A stretch of DNA of 64,000 bases from Ginglymostoma cirratum (GCA_024137785.1 JAHRHZ010000218.1:10129624-10193623), one strand, 5' to 3'; positions 1 through 13,442 are shown, counted from the first letter of the stretch. Notes: generated from the sequence alone by a model not told the origin. Numbers and translations are program-made.

Positions 1-1019
1 GTTAGTGTTGGTGATAAACATCAACACACCTGTTTCAGCAAAATCGCAATCTTTGCCGTAAATGATACTTGAGGTAATGAAAAGGGAAGTTCTCAAATCG
101 TATCTTAGTTGCAGTGGTGATTTATCCAATGAAACCACATCACACATCTCTCCTCCTCACTATCTCCTGCATCTTAAAGCCTCTAGTACAGCATTAGAAC
201 ATCCTGGAGCTTGCTTCCTGTTACTCCTGTGCTAGTTTTGTCATTCCTGACTCTTTTGGTATACCTTCCAGCACCTCACCTTTCCTCTAAGTCTTACCGA
301 TAGGCTTTAGGCTACGGTTGTCACCATTTTGCTCAGGAATGCAGTGACTAAACAGTGCACATTGTACTGACCGTACATTTCAATGATTCAAACAAGCAGG
401 TATTACGATAGTAGCGTACTTCACAGAAACAATAGGTTCAATTTAAGAGCATTACAATCCCTATGCCATTTTTTGGGTGTGTTCTCAGACTTTGAAGCCA
501 ATATGTTTACCTTGGATGTATATGCCGATGTAATTTCCAGGTTGGTAATTTCACTGCATTCCAATGCCGTGTAAACATGATCCATTTTGGCTCAGGATGT
601 ATTTGTCTGCCTGGTGATGGTGGACTATAGTTTGTGTTTTAACATTCGCAGTGCATAGCAATGGCTTGATGTGACACAGATGCCATTTACTCACATGTGT
701 ATTTCATCAGCTTTGGGCCTGCTCCTGTTATCTGATTTATTGCAAACTCCTGTAAACTGTTCAGTGCACGGTGACAAAGTGTTGACTTTACAGTGATGTT
801 GGCACATGTATTGTGTGAAAACATAGACTATCAAAGATTGCACAAAATTAGATGCTTGCTGACAAAACCCTGTTAAAATATTCCCGACATATTTGCCAGA
901 CAAAACAAATTTTCCTATTCATTGAGGTAACATACACTATTTAAAGCAGCATTTTCCCTTTTTAAACCCAGTATCAATAACAGAGTCTCGCCGTATAAGT
1001 AAAGCTCAAATTGGATTTA

Positions 1020-1312
1020 GTCAGTCATACAGCTGTTCGGCATGAAAATGGACCCTTTGGTCCAACCTGTCCATGCTGACCAGATATCCTAAATTAATCT
1101 AGTCCCATTTGCTAACATTTGGCCCATATCCTTCTAAACCCTTCCTATTCATGTCCTCATCCAGATGTCTTTTAAATGTTGAAATGGTGGAGGCTGGTAC
1201 AATTACCTCTGGCGCCTCATTCCATATACGCACCACCCTGTGTATGAAAAGGTTGCCCCTTTGGTCCCTTTTAAATCTTTCCCTTTTCACCTTAAACCTA
1301 TGCCCTCTAGTT
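1020..1312 (-). mobile_element. CR1/HER1-type LINE 3' fragment
   Basis: ORF 1099-1290 (RGNLFIHRVVRIWNEAPE...TFKRHLDEDMNRKGLEGYGPN) matches the CR1 ORF2 C-terminus; the 3' UTR/tail (agtcatacag...) is shared with the copies at 50189 and 55318. Confidence 0.9.
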
Positions 1313-1844
1313 TTAAAGTACTATTCCACTGGACAAATTAAGGTGTCAATCCTTAGGAACAGAGAGGGAAGTGTAGAAGATACCAATGAAGTAGAATTCG
1401 ATGAGTGCTGCTGAATTTTAAGACTACATTGTACATTTTGCTAAACTGATTCTGTTGGGAGAACGAGCAGCAGGAGACTGCAATTAGAGACTTTTGTGTA
1501 AAACCATATAGTTATGAATACAGACAGGTTGCAGATCAAAACTTGGGCTGGGGTGAGTTTGTCACCTCTGGGATGGAAAAAGGCTTAGGTAGGAGACGTT
1601 GAAGACTTCTTTGAGGGATGAGGAAAGATGAAACACTCTTGGCTCACATTAAGAGGTACAAAATGCATTGAATTTGAAGAGCCACCAGCTTCTATTTAGT
1701 GAGAGTCCAAGAAGACAGTCAGCTGCAATTAAATTTAAATCAGTCTTCCAATTACACTGGGATCTTGTTTGAATATGTTGTTGAGGTTTACTGCTGATGA
1801 CATGAATCCTGTTACCACTAAAATCAACAATGGTTAAGTCCAGT

Positions 1845-1950
1845 AAAAACAAAAACATGCAGCAGGCCAGCCAGCATCTATGGAGAGAAAAAACTAAGTC
1901 TGTGTTTCAAAAGTGATCAAAAATTAGCTCAGTTTTTTCACTTTACACCA
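1845..1950 (-). mobile_element. Degraded Penelope-derived terminal-repeat fragment
   Basis: agcaggccagccagcatctatggagagaaa resembles the gcaggtctggcagcatctgtg motif of the copies at 39513 and 58792. Confidence 0.5.
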
Positions 1951-2559
1951 CCACAGAGATTTCAGTTTTAAATTAACACTTACTCAAGCTAAAACTAATT
2001 GCAACATTTTCTTGAACATTATGCACTTGTAATAGTGGTTTCTGAACCTCTGTTTTGTGGATCCAAAATGTGATTCTTCAATACATAGCTCCACTCTTCC
2101 CTCTCCTTGATAACTGCAGCAATGAGATATTTCAACAGGGAGGTCCTGAGACACCACATCTTAGAGCTGAAACATTAGCTCCAATATTAACTTTGAGACA
2201 TGTTGGGAGTCCGTAGGGTTGAGAGTTGTGGGGTACAAAACACAAAGATTTCAGTGTTTTGCCACTGTCACTGTCTTTTTAAACACTGTTCTTTTCAGAA
2301 ATTTAGATGTTGGGAGGGGATTCCAAAGTTTAAGAGCTGGGCACTTGAAGGTACAGTAATCAGCAGTGAAGCAAGCAACTCTGAGGATGCTTAAGAAGCC
2401 TGAATTGATAAGGCAGATATCTCTTCTTCTTGTGCACACTTCTTCACACCCTCCTTTATCCATCAACTATGACCAACCATCCTTGTGCAATTTGATGGCT
2501 TCCAATGATAGGCATCTGCATCAAATGCACAATATCCATCAGATTAACTCATGCCATAA

Positions 2560-2760
2560 TGTCCACTCATGGGTTAGGTTTTGACTCTGTTGCAGGAGAA
2601 AAGATTACAATCTGCCAAGGAGAGGGAGCAAAACTGGAGATATTCTAGCCTTCACAGATCATGCACCCCCTTCTCCTGGAAAGCAGGAGATACTATAGAT
2701 CAGTGCTTTCCTAGCCTATTCAACAAGGAGATGTGGTATTCCCAGGAACCTGGTGAAACA
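2560..2760 (+). mobile_element. Harbinger Myb/SANT gene fossil (second-exon-like piece)
   Basis: ttgcag|EKRLQSAKEREQ resembles the EKxAHNxRER piece seen at 36410-36500. Confidence 0.4.
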
Positions 2761-2914
2761 ATTAAATATCATGCCATTCAACACTCAGTCATGTTGACTT
2801 GATTTTAGGAGTGAGCCTTTATAATGATAAGCTTCAAATGCTATTGAACCAGCCATAATTCCTAGTTGATCTTTTCTATTGCAGATCTGCAGAAGAGCTT
2901 GTTGCTTCTACATT

Positions 2915-3595
2915 CATAGGAATTAGGAACAGGAGCAACCTGTTGAGCCGCTTGAGTCTGCTCTGCCATTTATTAAGTTCAAGGCTTGTTCGTTATTTCA
3001 AATCTTCATTCTCATTGACCTCCGATAAGCTTTTACCCCCTTGCTTAACAATATTCAAGGACTCTGGTTTCATCACTTTTTCAGGAAGAGAGTTCTAAAC
3101 ACATGACTAACTGGCAGTAAAAATGTTTAACCTATTTTAAATTGACAATAACTGATTTTTAAACAGTGACCTTTAGATTAAGATTATCTCATAACAGGAA
3201 ACATCCTCTCCACATCTACCCTGTCAAGACAACTCAGAATATTATATCATACAATGCCTACAGTGTGGAAACAGGCCATTCAGCCAATCAAGTCAACACT
3301 GACCCTTTGAAGAGACCCCACCCAGACCCACACCCATCCCTGCAATTTCCATGGCTAACCCACACCTCTTTAGACTGTGGGAGGAAATCAGAATACTCAG
3401 ATACAGGGAGAATATGCAAACTCCACACAGTCACCCAAGGCTGGAATCAAACCCAGGTCCCTGGTGTTGGAAGGCAGCAGTGCTAGCCATGGAGCTACCA
3501 TGAAAACCTGTCAAGTCACCACTTACACTTTGAAGCTCCAAAAGATACAGACATAGCCTGTCCAACCTTTCCTCATAAGAAATATCACTCATTGT
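2915..3595 (-). mobile_element. CR1 LINE 3' fragment interrupted by an HE1-type SINE
   Basis: CR1 3' UTR (cataggaattaggaacaggag...ctgctctgccatt); ORF 3431-3613 SYEERLDRLCLYLLELQSVSGDL is a CR1 ORF2 motif. Confidence 0.8.
3246..3502 (-). mobile_element. HE1-type tRNA-derived SINE
   Basis: Minus-strand tRNA-like head with B box (gggtttgattcc), central gactgtgggaggaaa motif and HER1-like tail; homologous to 53532-53841. Confidence 0.85.
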
Positions 3596-3624
3596 CTGAA
3601 AGTTCATCATCACAGGATCATGCT

Positions 3625-3982
3625 TGCTATGTACCGATGCCCAGACTTATACTTCAGTGGGTCTAATTAGGCTGTTAGTTAATTGTTGTTCTTGTGATTC
3701 ACACTTTACCAGTGAGCAGGAGAAAGTGGTCATGGCAGAGACAACTATGGAGAGAAGTGGAAAGCAGAGCCTTCTGCAAATTCTGCTCAGCTCACACCCA
3801 GACCTGTAATCAGGGATCATCGAACAACTAAAAAGCTCCATCAGACTTGTGAGCCTTACATATAGTTATTTGAACCAATATGTTCAGATATGTTGTGACA
3901 CACATTTAGGGCAGAGGTGGTATTTGAACCCAGGCCTCCTATCTCAGATCGAGGGACACTACCACTATGCCGCAAAAAGCCT
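3625..3982 (-). mobile_element. tRNA-derived SINE (family C in this window)
   Basis: Minus-strand head gcggcatagtggtagtgtccct...cctgggttcaaatacc with A/B boxes; similar heads at 46587 and 60625. Confidence 0.65.
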
Positions 3983-4069
3983 TGTCTTTCATGTACATTG
4001 TCAACAATTACTGAGAAGATGGAGAATTCAATTCAAACTGGAGTGCATTTAAGTGTTCTGAAGTCATGT

Positions 4070-4160
4070 GTTCTAAAGAAGTCAGAGCAGACTTGGTGTT
4101 AATTCTGTTTCTCTCTCCACAGATGTTGTCAGACCTGCTGAGTTTCCCCAGTATTGAGTA
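4070..4160 (+). mobile_element. Penelope-derived mini-element with degenerate hammerhead start
   Basis: ttctaaagaagtc...gttaattctgtttctctctccacagatgttgtcagacctgctgagtttc matches the copies at 36856 and 44191. Confidence 0.75.
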
Positions 4161-5719
4161 CATTTATGTTGCAGGATAAAAAGTCCCCCAAACTTAACTG
4201 ACAAGTCAAAATGGAATCAGAAAATGATTTTATGCAACAATTTGACAACATTTCTGAAGTAAGGGATTGAAAAAAAAATTTAAACATGCTTTTCAGTCCT
4301 GGCTCTTTAAGTCTTCTGGGACACTGTCCATCTCACCTTTAGTTCTTTTTGATGCCGTCTCTCCAGTAGTTTTAAGATCCCTATTTTTACAGTTTCCTTT
4401 GGTCTGCTTGTGTGCCGCTATGCTACTTAGGCCATTTGGCAGCTTTATCCCTTGAATACATGTGATTGACTACCTAACCCCAGACTCACTGGCAACCTTT
4501 TCTCACCTTTTGCTATCCATGTGACAGCAAAGTCCATATTTAGCTCCAAAATAGATATCAGGATCAGTTATAAAGGAAAGCATCCTTTATAAATTTGGCC
4601 CTTCAGTTTTCTGATAGCTACAAACACGGTTACTGCTCAGAAAAAAAAACAGTTGCACAGAAGTTCACTGGCCACCTGTTTGACTGCTACGTGATGTTAA
4701 GCTCCCAAAATATCACTTGAACTATTCTGTGGTTTTATGTTGCTTAACACCATCTCAAATCAGGGCCATTTAACTAAAGCAAGGTCCTGTTAATTTGAAA
4801 ATATGTGATACAATTGTTCATTTGACAGATTCACTGTAAAGGTTCAGCAAATATTCTGGGGATGGAGAGCTGCTACTCTTTTACATGTTGCAAGCTGGAC
4901 TGCAAATGTTATACATTTGGTTATTAGCATATTCCCTTTTAATGCCCTCTCTCAACAAATTGAATATTGTGCGCACCATATCCCCCAACATGAATTTACT
5001 GATCCATTCTTTCCAGACATCCTGGCCGTGACCATGTGTACACGGTTAAAGCAATGACCTCTCTTGCATTTATGAACCTGTTTATTTGATGATTCCTCTT
5101 CCTCCTTATGTTCTTCAAGTCTCTTTCAAGTCGGACTTGTCTGTCCTGTGACTCCAGACGTTGTAAAATTCCCAGCTGGATTCTCCTACAGTTTTGCATC
5201 TATATTGGTGAGAATTGTAGTTGTGGTTGCATTCAGGTGATCACCCTCAGGCTTGCATTAATTTTGACACAGCCTGAAAACATACCTCTTTCCTGAAAAA
5301 GCCCAGCATGTCATTTTTTTCCTTCCCAGATGTACTTTGACTGCAGATGCCCAGAGAAGATTTCCCCAGGTTTTCTGCAGGCCTCTGAGTTAAATGTAGC
5401 TGGTAATTTATAACATGAAAAGTACAAAGATTTGCCAGGGAGGAGAAGTGCTTGATGTAGCTTCTTGCACTGACTTCCACATTTGATGCTGATATTAAAT
5501 TTTGTGCAGAATTGAAACAGGAAGCAGCTGAAATCCAGAGGGCAAGAAGGATTGTCTAAGCCCAGTAATGGGTTCTAAAGGATGGCATGCGGAACTCTTA
5601 TTCAGGTTAAAGTAAAAAGTCATAAATTGACTGCAGCACAAAGGAACAAACAGTGTTTACCTGGTCTGACAACAAGAGAACAAATTCATGCAAACCCCTT
5701 ACACAAACAGAACATGCCC

Positions 5720-6830
5720 CAGCGGGTGAGATTTTCTCCTTGAGTCGGAGAAATGTGAATCAGGACAATTTCTGAATTTGCCAACCTGAAACTGTTGCCT
5801 CCTCCCACACCTGCCATAGTTTTGTCTCATAGAGATTTGTGTAGGTAAGGCTCTGGTCAGATGCTTCCCCAGGAGGGTCCAAGGGACTATCAGAGGGCAA
5901 GTGCCCAGGTGGCCTGCTCAGAAGTCCTACCATGGTTCTCAGAGACATCAGTCCAACCTACCTCTCTCTCATCTCCTCTCATCTTCATGCCTCATCCAAG
6001 TCCCTCATAGCTCCATAATGAATCAAATTCCTCTACATCTACCGTGTTCCTCAGATACCCTTCGTGCCCAAATAACCTCTCATAACCTTATGCCATTACC
6101 ATGCTCTCTTAGACCCCCATGCCCTTCCATCCCCCCTCATGTTCCCTAATGCTGTTCATGTTTCCTTATAATCCTATGCTCCCTTTGTGTCACCTTTACA
6201 TCTCCTAAGCCCCTGTGTACTCTGTATGCACTTTCCATGCCCCAAACCTTTCAAATCCACATTCCACTTCTATACCCTCTCATACACCCATTCTCCCCCA
6301 ATAAACGTTATCCCCTCATGTATTTCCTGTGCCCATTATTGCATGTTATATGTCTTTACTCCATCTCCATGAACCATCCTAGACCTCTTAACCTCTCATT
6401 CATATCTCTCTCATGCCTTCCTTATGACCCCCCCCATTTCATGCATCCGTGCCTCTTCCGTTCCTGACCTTAACACTGTAGCATTGCTTTCTTTGGTTTG
6501 AAATGCATTTTTTTTTAAAATGGGAATGCTCTTGAATGCCTATCAACATCCTCACAACGCTGTCAATGTGATGGCCAACTTACTTTTGCAAGACAAAGTA
6601 CAATAATCAATCATTGCAGTAAAAGCATATTTAACTTGTGCTACAGCATCTAATTTTGACATTGAAGTGTTCAAAAGATTTGACAATTTTCTGTCAGAAT
6701 TTTTCCAACTCCTCAGCTGCCTTATTCCAAGATTCCCTAACTCTCAAGTAGAGGACTATTCAAAATTTCCTAAACTTGCCTGAGATGATGGAAATACTGA
6801 GACATGACATATAATATTTCCCCAGCTCTA
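5720..6830. mobile_element. Harbinger-related fossil with pyrimidine-rich low-complexity interior
   Basis: Minus-strand TKLWQVWEEATVS resembles the Myb/SANT AWxEVA motif; 5950-6480 is G-poor and rich in ccatgcc-like motifs, complementary in style to 50650-50890. Confidence 0.4.
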
Positions 6831-8084
6831 TGTAAGTCAATCATGATATCACAAGCCTTGAAAGCATGTGCAATATGTGTCGCTATTGATTATGTTGGAT
6901 GAGCTACCCGCATTACTGCTCTTCACGAAGTGATTTGTTGTGACCCACCTCTGGATTTGGTTATGCAAAGCCTATTTGATCAAGTGTGGTAGTAGAAAGC
7001 CACCTAGTACTCCAATAAAGGCCCTTGATTTAAACAAGTCGTGGTTCGTTACATTATAACAATATACAAGTTACACTGAAGTGACAGACATTGTTGCAGA
7101 ATGCATGAAGAACACACCAATGGTGGATCTTCCTTCTTTGATATCCTGAACTGTTGATACATGGCCTTATTATAGTGGATAGTAATTACAACACTTCTCA
7201 TGCATTAACCCCTTCAGACCCCACCCCTTTTTCAACATCTACCCTAAAGCTTTCTTTCCCCTATTATAAATATTTAATTATATATAAACATTTATGTACA
7301 TAATTACTTTTACCATTACCCAATCTCTCCTCAACACTCTCATCATGAATTCAAACATTTTGGAGGCTTCACTGTTTTCCTAAAATGACTTTTATTCAGG
7401 TTAGGAAGATTAGTTTGAAGACTATTGACTTTGATTCTGATTCTGACAGTCTGACATTTATAAATCCCATCAAACTAGCAGAACTTTATCCCACAGGATT
7501 TCTTTCATGGTGGAAAACTGTCCTGTTAAAACAGGTACTTTCTTTTTCATATTATCCTGGATATCAAGACCAGGCAGTTTCTTCTTGATCAAACCCTGAA
7601 TCTCTTTATACTAGGTGTCTGTTTTCAGGGTGGCTTCCATGGAGTTGTTTGCACCACATCTTCACGCTGTGCCAGAAGATTTTCATTCTTAATCTGACAG
7701 TAAGTCTGTGCTGAAAATTGAGTGTCCCATTCAACTTGGAGAGTTGGCAGTGAAGTTCGATGTCGTGGGTCTCTGCATGTGTAGAAACGGGCTGTTGGAG
7801 TAATATAAGATAAAAGGGGACATGGAGGCTCTGGGACCGTGCTCGGTGACAGACTGCAGCCTAGAGCTGACTTTGTTTGCTGCAAGTTGCATTTCCTGCC
7901 ATAATTTTCCATTCTCTAGATGCGAAATGCAACTGAAAAATGACTGGGTCAACAGACCGGTTGAACAGAGTCATTATTATTTTATGGGTAAAAGCAATGG
8001 ATACATGTCTGCAGGGTGATAGAACATTGAAGCTTCAATAACATGAAGCATCTTTTGCAAATTACAACTACATTTCATTTCTAG

Positions 8085-8419
8085 AGGGAGGTGATGGTCT
8101 CGTGGTATTATTGTTGATGTTAATCCAGAGACCCAGATAATGTTCTGGGGACCTGGGTTTGAATTCTATCATGACTCATGGTGGAATTTGAATTCAACAA
8201 AAACCTGGAATGAAGAGTTTAATGATGACCATGTATTCATTTTTGAATGCTGGGAAAAACCCATCTGGTTCACTAATGTTCTTTAGGGAAAGAAACATGT
8301 AGGTTTGGCCTACATGTGATTCCAGATCTACAATATGGTTGAATCTTAATTGCCCTCTGAGCAGTTAGGGATGAGCAATAAATGCTGGGCTAGCCTCATC
8401 CAATGAGTTCATAAAAAAA
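8085..8419 (+). mobile_element. tRNA-derived SINE (family B)
   Basis: Head with ctgggtttgaattc B box; core aaaacccatctggttcactaatg; tail gcaataaatgctgg...caatgag plus A-run; homologous to 21952-22280. Confidence 0.85.
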
Positions 8420-11214
8420 CATTGCAATTATTTCTTTATCCATTTGCAACCTATGCAGAGTGAACAAGCTTAAGAGACAAATGCTGGTCAAAAGTGGATT
8501 TCACCATTGGTCTTTGTAAATCTAACTTGTCATCTCAATGATGCAGAAGTTAACAGCAATGAGTTCAAAAGGTGATTACTGGCCATAAACATTCCATGAC
8601 TTCTGAAACTTCCAAGGATGCTGTGGGATGAGGGGACCATTGCTGCATCATGTCACGTGTAATTATGATGATGGCTTGTAATTAACTCAATGACAAATTT
8701 CATGTTTGATATTTGTCTAGGATAGGAAGGGGGTCTATTTAATGCACCATGTTAGTCAGCTAGAGTAGCACCATTACAACATTGGTACACACAGTCTGAC
8801 CAAGGTCATTGTGGAGTAGGCAATAAAATGCAGTTCCTGTGTTCAGACTGATCTGAGGAGCGGGTGGGGACTAGGACAGTGTCCTCCACTGTAATCCAGT
8901 ACAGTAGCATCCTCCACTTTAGTGCTGCACCATCCTAGTACACTGCTGTACACAATTGCAACAGGCGATAAGGAAAGGTTACAGCGGCTGAGCAGCTGGG
9001 GTAGCAGGAGTGGTTTTCTGAGAAGGATGAGGGCATTGAACTAGAGGAAACTTTTTCTACACGTGGCAGAACTCAGCTGCATTGGACTCTGAGCCAGAGG
9101 ACCTGACTGACAACTGGATCTGATGGGTGAGAGCTAGATTTAGACCATCGCACAGCAATGCATGACTTTGTGACTGCTGGGCCATGACATTGCCAGTGAG
9201 AGGCAAAGCCAGATTGCAAATGTGTGCCTGGGTACACAGTAGCCTTTTAAAGGTGGTTTGGATGCAAGGGATACTAGTCATCTGGCAGTTGTTCCAGTAA
9301 ACTGTATGCTAAAATGGAAATAAAATCAGACGTGAGACATACTGTCAGGGTGGAGTCAATAGTTAATAGGGTGAGGTTCATAAGAAACAGATTTCATCAA
9401 GTCTCACGACAAGAAAGCTTCCAAGAAAACTCATCACAACTTTCACTCATCCAAAAAAACAAGATTCAGTCCCTTGGGTGACATCAACTCAGACAAACAG
9501 CATTCATTTCTTCTTTTTCTTTGATCCTTTATTTGTCACACCAGAAATGAAGTTTCAACTCTTTAAATCCCATATAGAACACTACCTGTGTCTAAGGAAA
9601 AATTCACTGCCTTTTAAGTTTTCAGAAATTCAGAGCAATGTTGTGTGATCTATTTCCATTCTTTAGCAACACTAGTTACTCTAACCAGACAACTTGGTGA
9701 AAAGGAGAATGTGGACATATATTACAATTGTCATCCTCTGTTGACAATAGTTAACTGAAATAAATGTCAGTTGCTAAAGTTATTGCTTGAATAAAATAAA
9801 TACAATAAAAACAGTTGTCACCTGAATCTATATGTATGACAGACTACACTGTCTTGGATAAATAGTCAGTCAATTGAGGCTGAAAATATAGTACAGCTGT
9901 ATGCAAGCTCTACTTGAGGGCATGTGAATGTACACAGATATTTCCCTTTGTGTATTTGTACTGGATTTAAATGAGTTGATTTGTCACACAGCTGCTGAAG
10001 GGAGAATCTGTGGAGGGCATATTTAACAAAGTGGAATGTTTGTGTCTAAGTCATGTTGATGCCCTTGGGAAAGGTACAAGTGAAACGAGAAGGATATAGA
10101 AGGTCCACAGTTCTCAGTCGTCATTTTCATGTAGAATTTGAATGAGTTTGAACTCTGTGACAGAGATACCTTGATATAAATTAGTGTGGACAAACATATA
10201 AATCTTCCAAGATGTGAACTGCCCGAAACAAAGTTTGTGACATTGGAGCACATTCAAAAATGACCCCAAAGAGATACTGAGCCCATCAGCTGTGGGGCCC
10301 ACAGATGCTCTAGTGAAAGAGAGTAAGAATCATGTCCATTTTGAAATTCTAGACAAAATGAATGCTGACACCATTTCTTGTGAAAATGAAATGTTATTCT
10401 GTAGCATTCAGAGGCTATTTTTTCTGCTGTTAAGGTTTGTGTTTTCTTTCAGTATATTTTTGCTTATGTTCAGGGGCAAAAGACCAGTTTCTATAAGATG
10501 ACAAACTCTCAAGATCCAAAAACAGGAAACTCTCTAAATACTATGAATGGTGTTGGATCACAGAAGATGAACCCTTTAATATGGCATACAAGTCAGATAG
10601 CTGTAGTATTTTCATGTCTATCACCAAATGTTAATAAATGGTACATTACTGAACGTAATTGAATTTAAGCAATCTAGAAACATTGAAAGTACACATTTCT
10701 AGAAATGAATGTCTAACCAAACTTCTTAAATGTTAAGGTTTTGCAATGAAACCATCTTCTGCAAAACTCAAGTCACAACTTGATTATGGATGATATGATT
10801 TGTAGACTCTCTTATGAAGTCCAAAAGCTTTTCCAAGCCTCCAAAGACCAAGACTACAAACATTAAATGGCTAATCTTATGAGATGGTGCTGTTGGCAGA
10901 GAGCCTTCTATATTCATTTTGCATTTCAGTATTGGTCGGCATAATGCCCATTTTTTTCTGTCCATGGGTGGAATGTCGAGTACATCATGCTTATGATTTT
11001 GCAATCTGTTCATCAAGGTTCCTATTAAAATTATGAAATCAGAAAGTTGGCCTTCTATTTATGATATTTATGCAAGATATAATGGTATTCAATTCGATAC
11101 ATATCATCTGAGACCCACGTCAGCATAGTCATTAAAAGCTATGCTTTTTTCGACTTCTATCACATCAACATTATTGAAATCTCCATTTTTGAAGTTTAGG
11201 AAAGAACATCTGCA

Positions 11215-11412
11215 TAAAAAAAATACAAAATATTGAAGGTATTAGAAATCTGAAATAAAACAGATTAATCCAGAAATACACAGGTCATAATATCTGAGAT
11301 AAGCGAACACAGTTAATGTTGGAATTCACAAGAAAAGGCTCTGAGAGACCATTAGCCTAAGCATTAACTTTGTTTCTCCATCCACAGATGCTGCCTGTCT
11401 GCTGAGTTTCAG
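11215..11412. mobile_element. Old fold-back Penelope-derived mini-element
   Basis: Degenerate left arm (gaaatctgaaataaaacag...agttaatgtt) and right arm (ttaactttgtttctccatccacagatgctgcctgtctgctgagtttc). Confidence 0.6.
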
Positions 11413-11945
11413 TTTAAATCTCCTCATTTCAGAACAACTGGGGAATATTTTTCACTGTTGCGCTTTGCAGCTAGAACACTATTATGTAGCCAACCTTTAA
11501 AGGTGCACAGAAATAGCATGGTTATAGCAATAGAAATGCTGCTCTTTACCTTTATAAGATAGCCCATCCTGATTAACTAGATTGTAGTTGGAAATACGAT
11601 TACATGCATTTAGGGTAAGTATATCAAACAAAATTCTGTTTCTCACACATATATTATGTAAAAGCTTTAGTACATCAAATATAATTGAAATTTCCAAATA
11701 AGTCCTTGCACAATCTATGATTATGATTATCATCCTTGTGAAGCAATTAAAGACTTTATTACATGAAAGGTATTATCTAAATGCGAAAAAGGTTGTTGTA
11801 TTGATCAGTCAGATAGTTTAAAAAGAAACTATATGCTGCACAGAATCAGTTGACAGCTGACAAATTTATATAAACGTTGTATTTCCCAGCAGCGGCAAGC
11901 AGTGTTCTTGCTCCTTTGGAAACTCTGGCTCAATGTACTGTAAAA

Positions 11946-12152
11946 CGTAGAAGCAAACTATTGCAGTTGCCGGAGATCTGGGATAAAAACAAAGTGCTTG
12001 GGAAACTTAGCAGGCCTGGCAACATCTGTGGAGAGAGAAATTGAGTTAACATTTCGAGTCCATTTTCATACTGGACATGAAACTTTAGCTCTGTTGCTCT
12101 CTCCACAGATGTCGCCAAATTTGCTGAGTTTCTCAGCACTTTCTGTTTTTCT
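11946..12152. mobile_element. Fold-back Penelope-derived mini-element with TSD
   Basis: Inverted arms (ggcaacatctgtggagagag...gagttaacatttcg / gaaactttagctctgttgctctctccacagatgtcgcc); direct repeat tactgtaaaa at 11936-11945 and 12153-12162. Confidence 0.85.
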
Positions 12153-12679
12153 TACTGTAAAATAAAGACGGCTTCCTTTATGGACGCATGATGAAAGCTC
12201 CACTTGGTCAAAGCCATAACCAACAGTGTGAGTTGATGAGTGTCTCCGTAAGTGAGGCTAACCAGATAGCAGATGAGCAACAATTATGGTCAGTTTCACA
12301 TCTGGAAATATTCATAATAAAACATTTCTGACTGTCATACTCTATTCATACAGTCTGCAGTTTGCTTTCTATTTAGAAATATAATTTTAAGCTAGTATTT
12401 CTGAATGGCTTTTTCAGTGCACGGAAAGTAATAAGAACCTTGTGATGGAAATTACAATTTCAGTACAATACTAGAACAAATTTAGGAAAACTAACATGAC
12501 AAAAGAGAGCGAGATACATCAGCACGTACAGCCTTGTGGACCAATCATGTTCAGACACAAAGAATGTCAAATACTGAAGAGGTACAAACCTAGTGAGAAA
12601 GAAAAATGTAGCCAAATTGAGGAAAAGGTTTAAGATGTCACAAGGAACGTCCATTTCTGCAGCATCTTACCACAACAAA

Positions 12680-12840
12680 CATAACTTCATCTTGCCAGGA
12701 GGCAAGTTCAGGTGCAGGCATGGCTTAAAGCCTTTGAAAGTGGTGTCAAGTCAGATAAATGACATGGTCCCACCAACTTCTGGATTTAACCCAAGCAAGT
12801 TTTCAAACAAGTGGCAAAACCCTATGGACAGGTGAGTGAG
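12680..12840 (+). mobile_element. Harbinger Myb/SANT gene fossil
   Basis: KVVSSQINDMV...SKFSNKWQN followed by the donor cag|gtgagt; resembles the Myb helix ending in KKWxxL. Confidence 0.4.
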
Positions 12841-13019
12841 TCATTTCAACATGTAAATCTCAATTAACTCAGAAATAAACCCAGCATTCTGCCTCTAATA
12901 GTCAACACTAAGACCAAGTGATGTGGAACTCGCCAGAGTCTGGAAGACAAGGACATAGTGAAGCATGAAATTAACAGTAAGGAGGCCTTTGGAGGGCGAA
13001 ATTTCAAAGCTTCTAAAAA

Positions 13020-13441
13020 AACACATAGGTTTTTCTCAAAGGCCATGATCCCATTGCTTCAAAGCACATTCCCAACCTTGGAGTATCCTCACTTTCATAT
13101 TTCAATTTCCTTGATGTCAGCCTTCACTGCAGCTTAGGAACATCTGTGGTAGACAATTCCAAAGATTCACATTTATTTGATTGAAGAATTTTCTCTTCAT
13201 ATGATTCCTAAATGTTCAACCTCTTGCCTTGACACTATGCCCAGGGTTTTAGATTTGCTTGACAGGGGGAGACAACGTCTCTACACTTAACCTGTGAAGA
13301 TCCTTCAGAATCTTCCATGTTTCAATTAGCACTCCTCTCATTCTTCTAAACTCCAGAGAGGAGACTCAATTTACTCAGCTTCTCATCATAGGACAACACT
13401 TTCATCACAGGAACCAAGCTCGTGAGCTTCACTGTACTGCC
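13020..13441 (-). mobile_element. CR1 LINE 3' fragment
   Basis: ctctcattcttctaaactccagag, ttccaaagattcac and similar motifs are reverse complements of CR1 ORF2 C-terminal coding sequence. Confidence 0.75.
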
Positions 13442-13442
13442 T

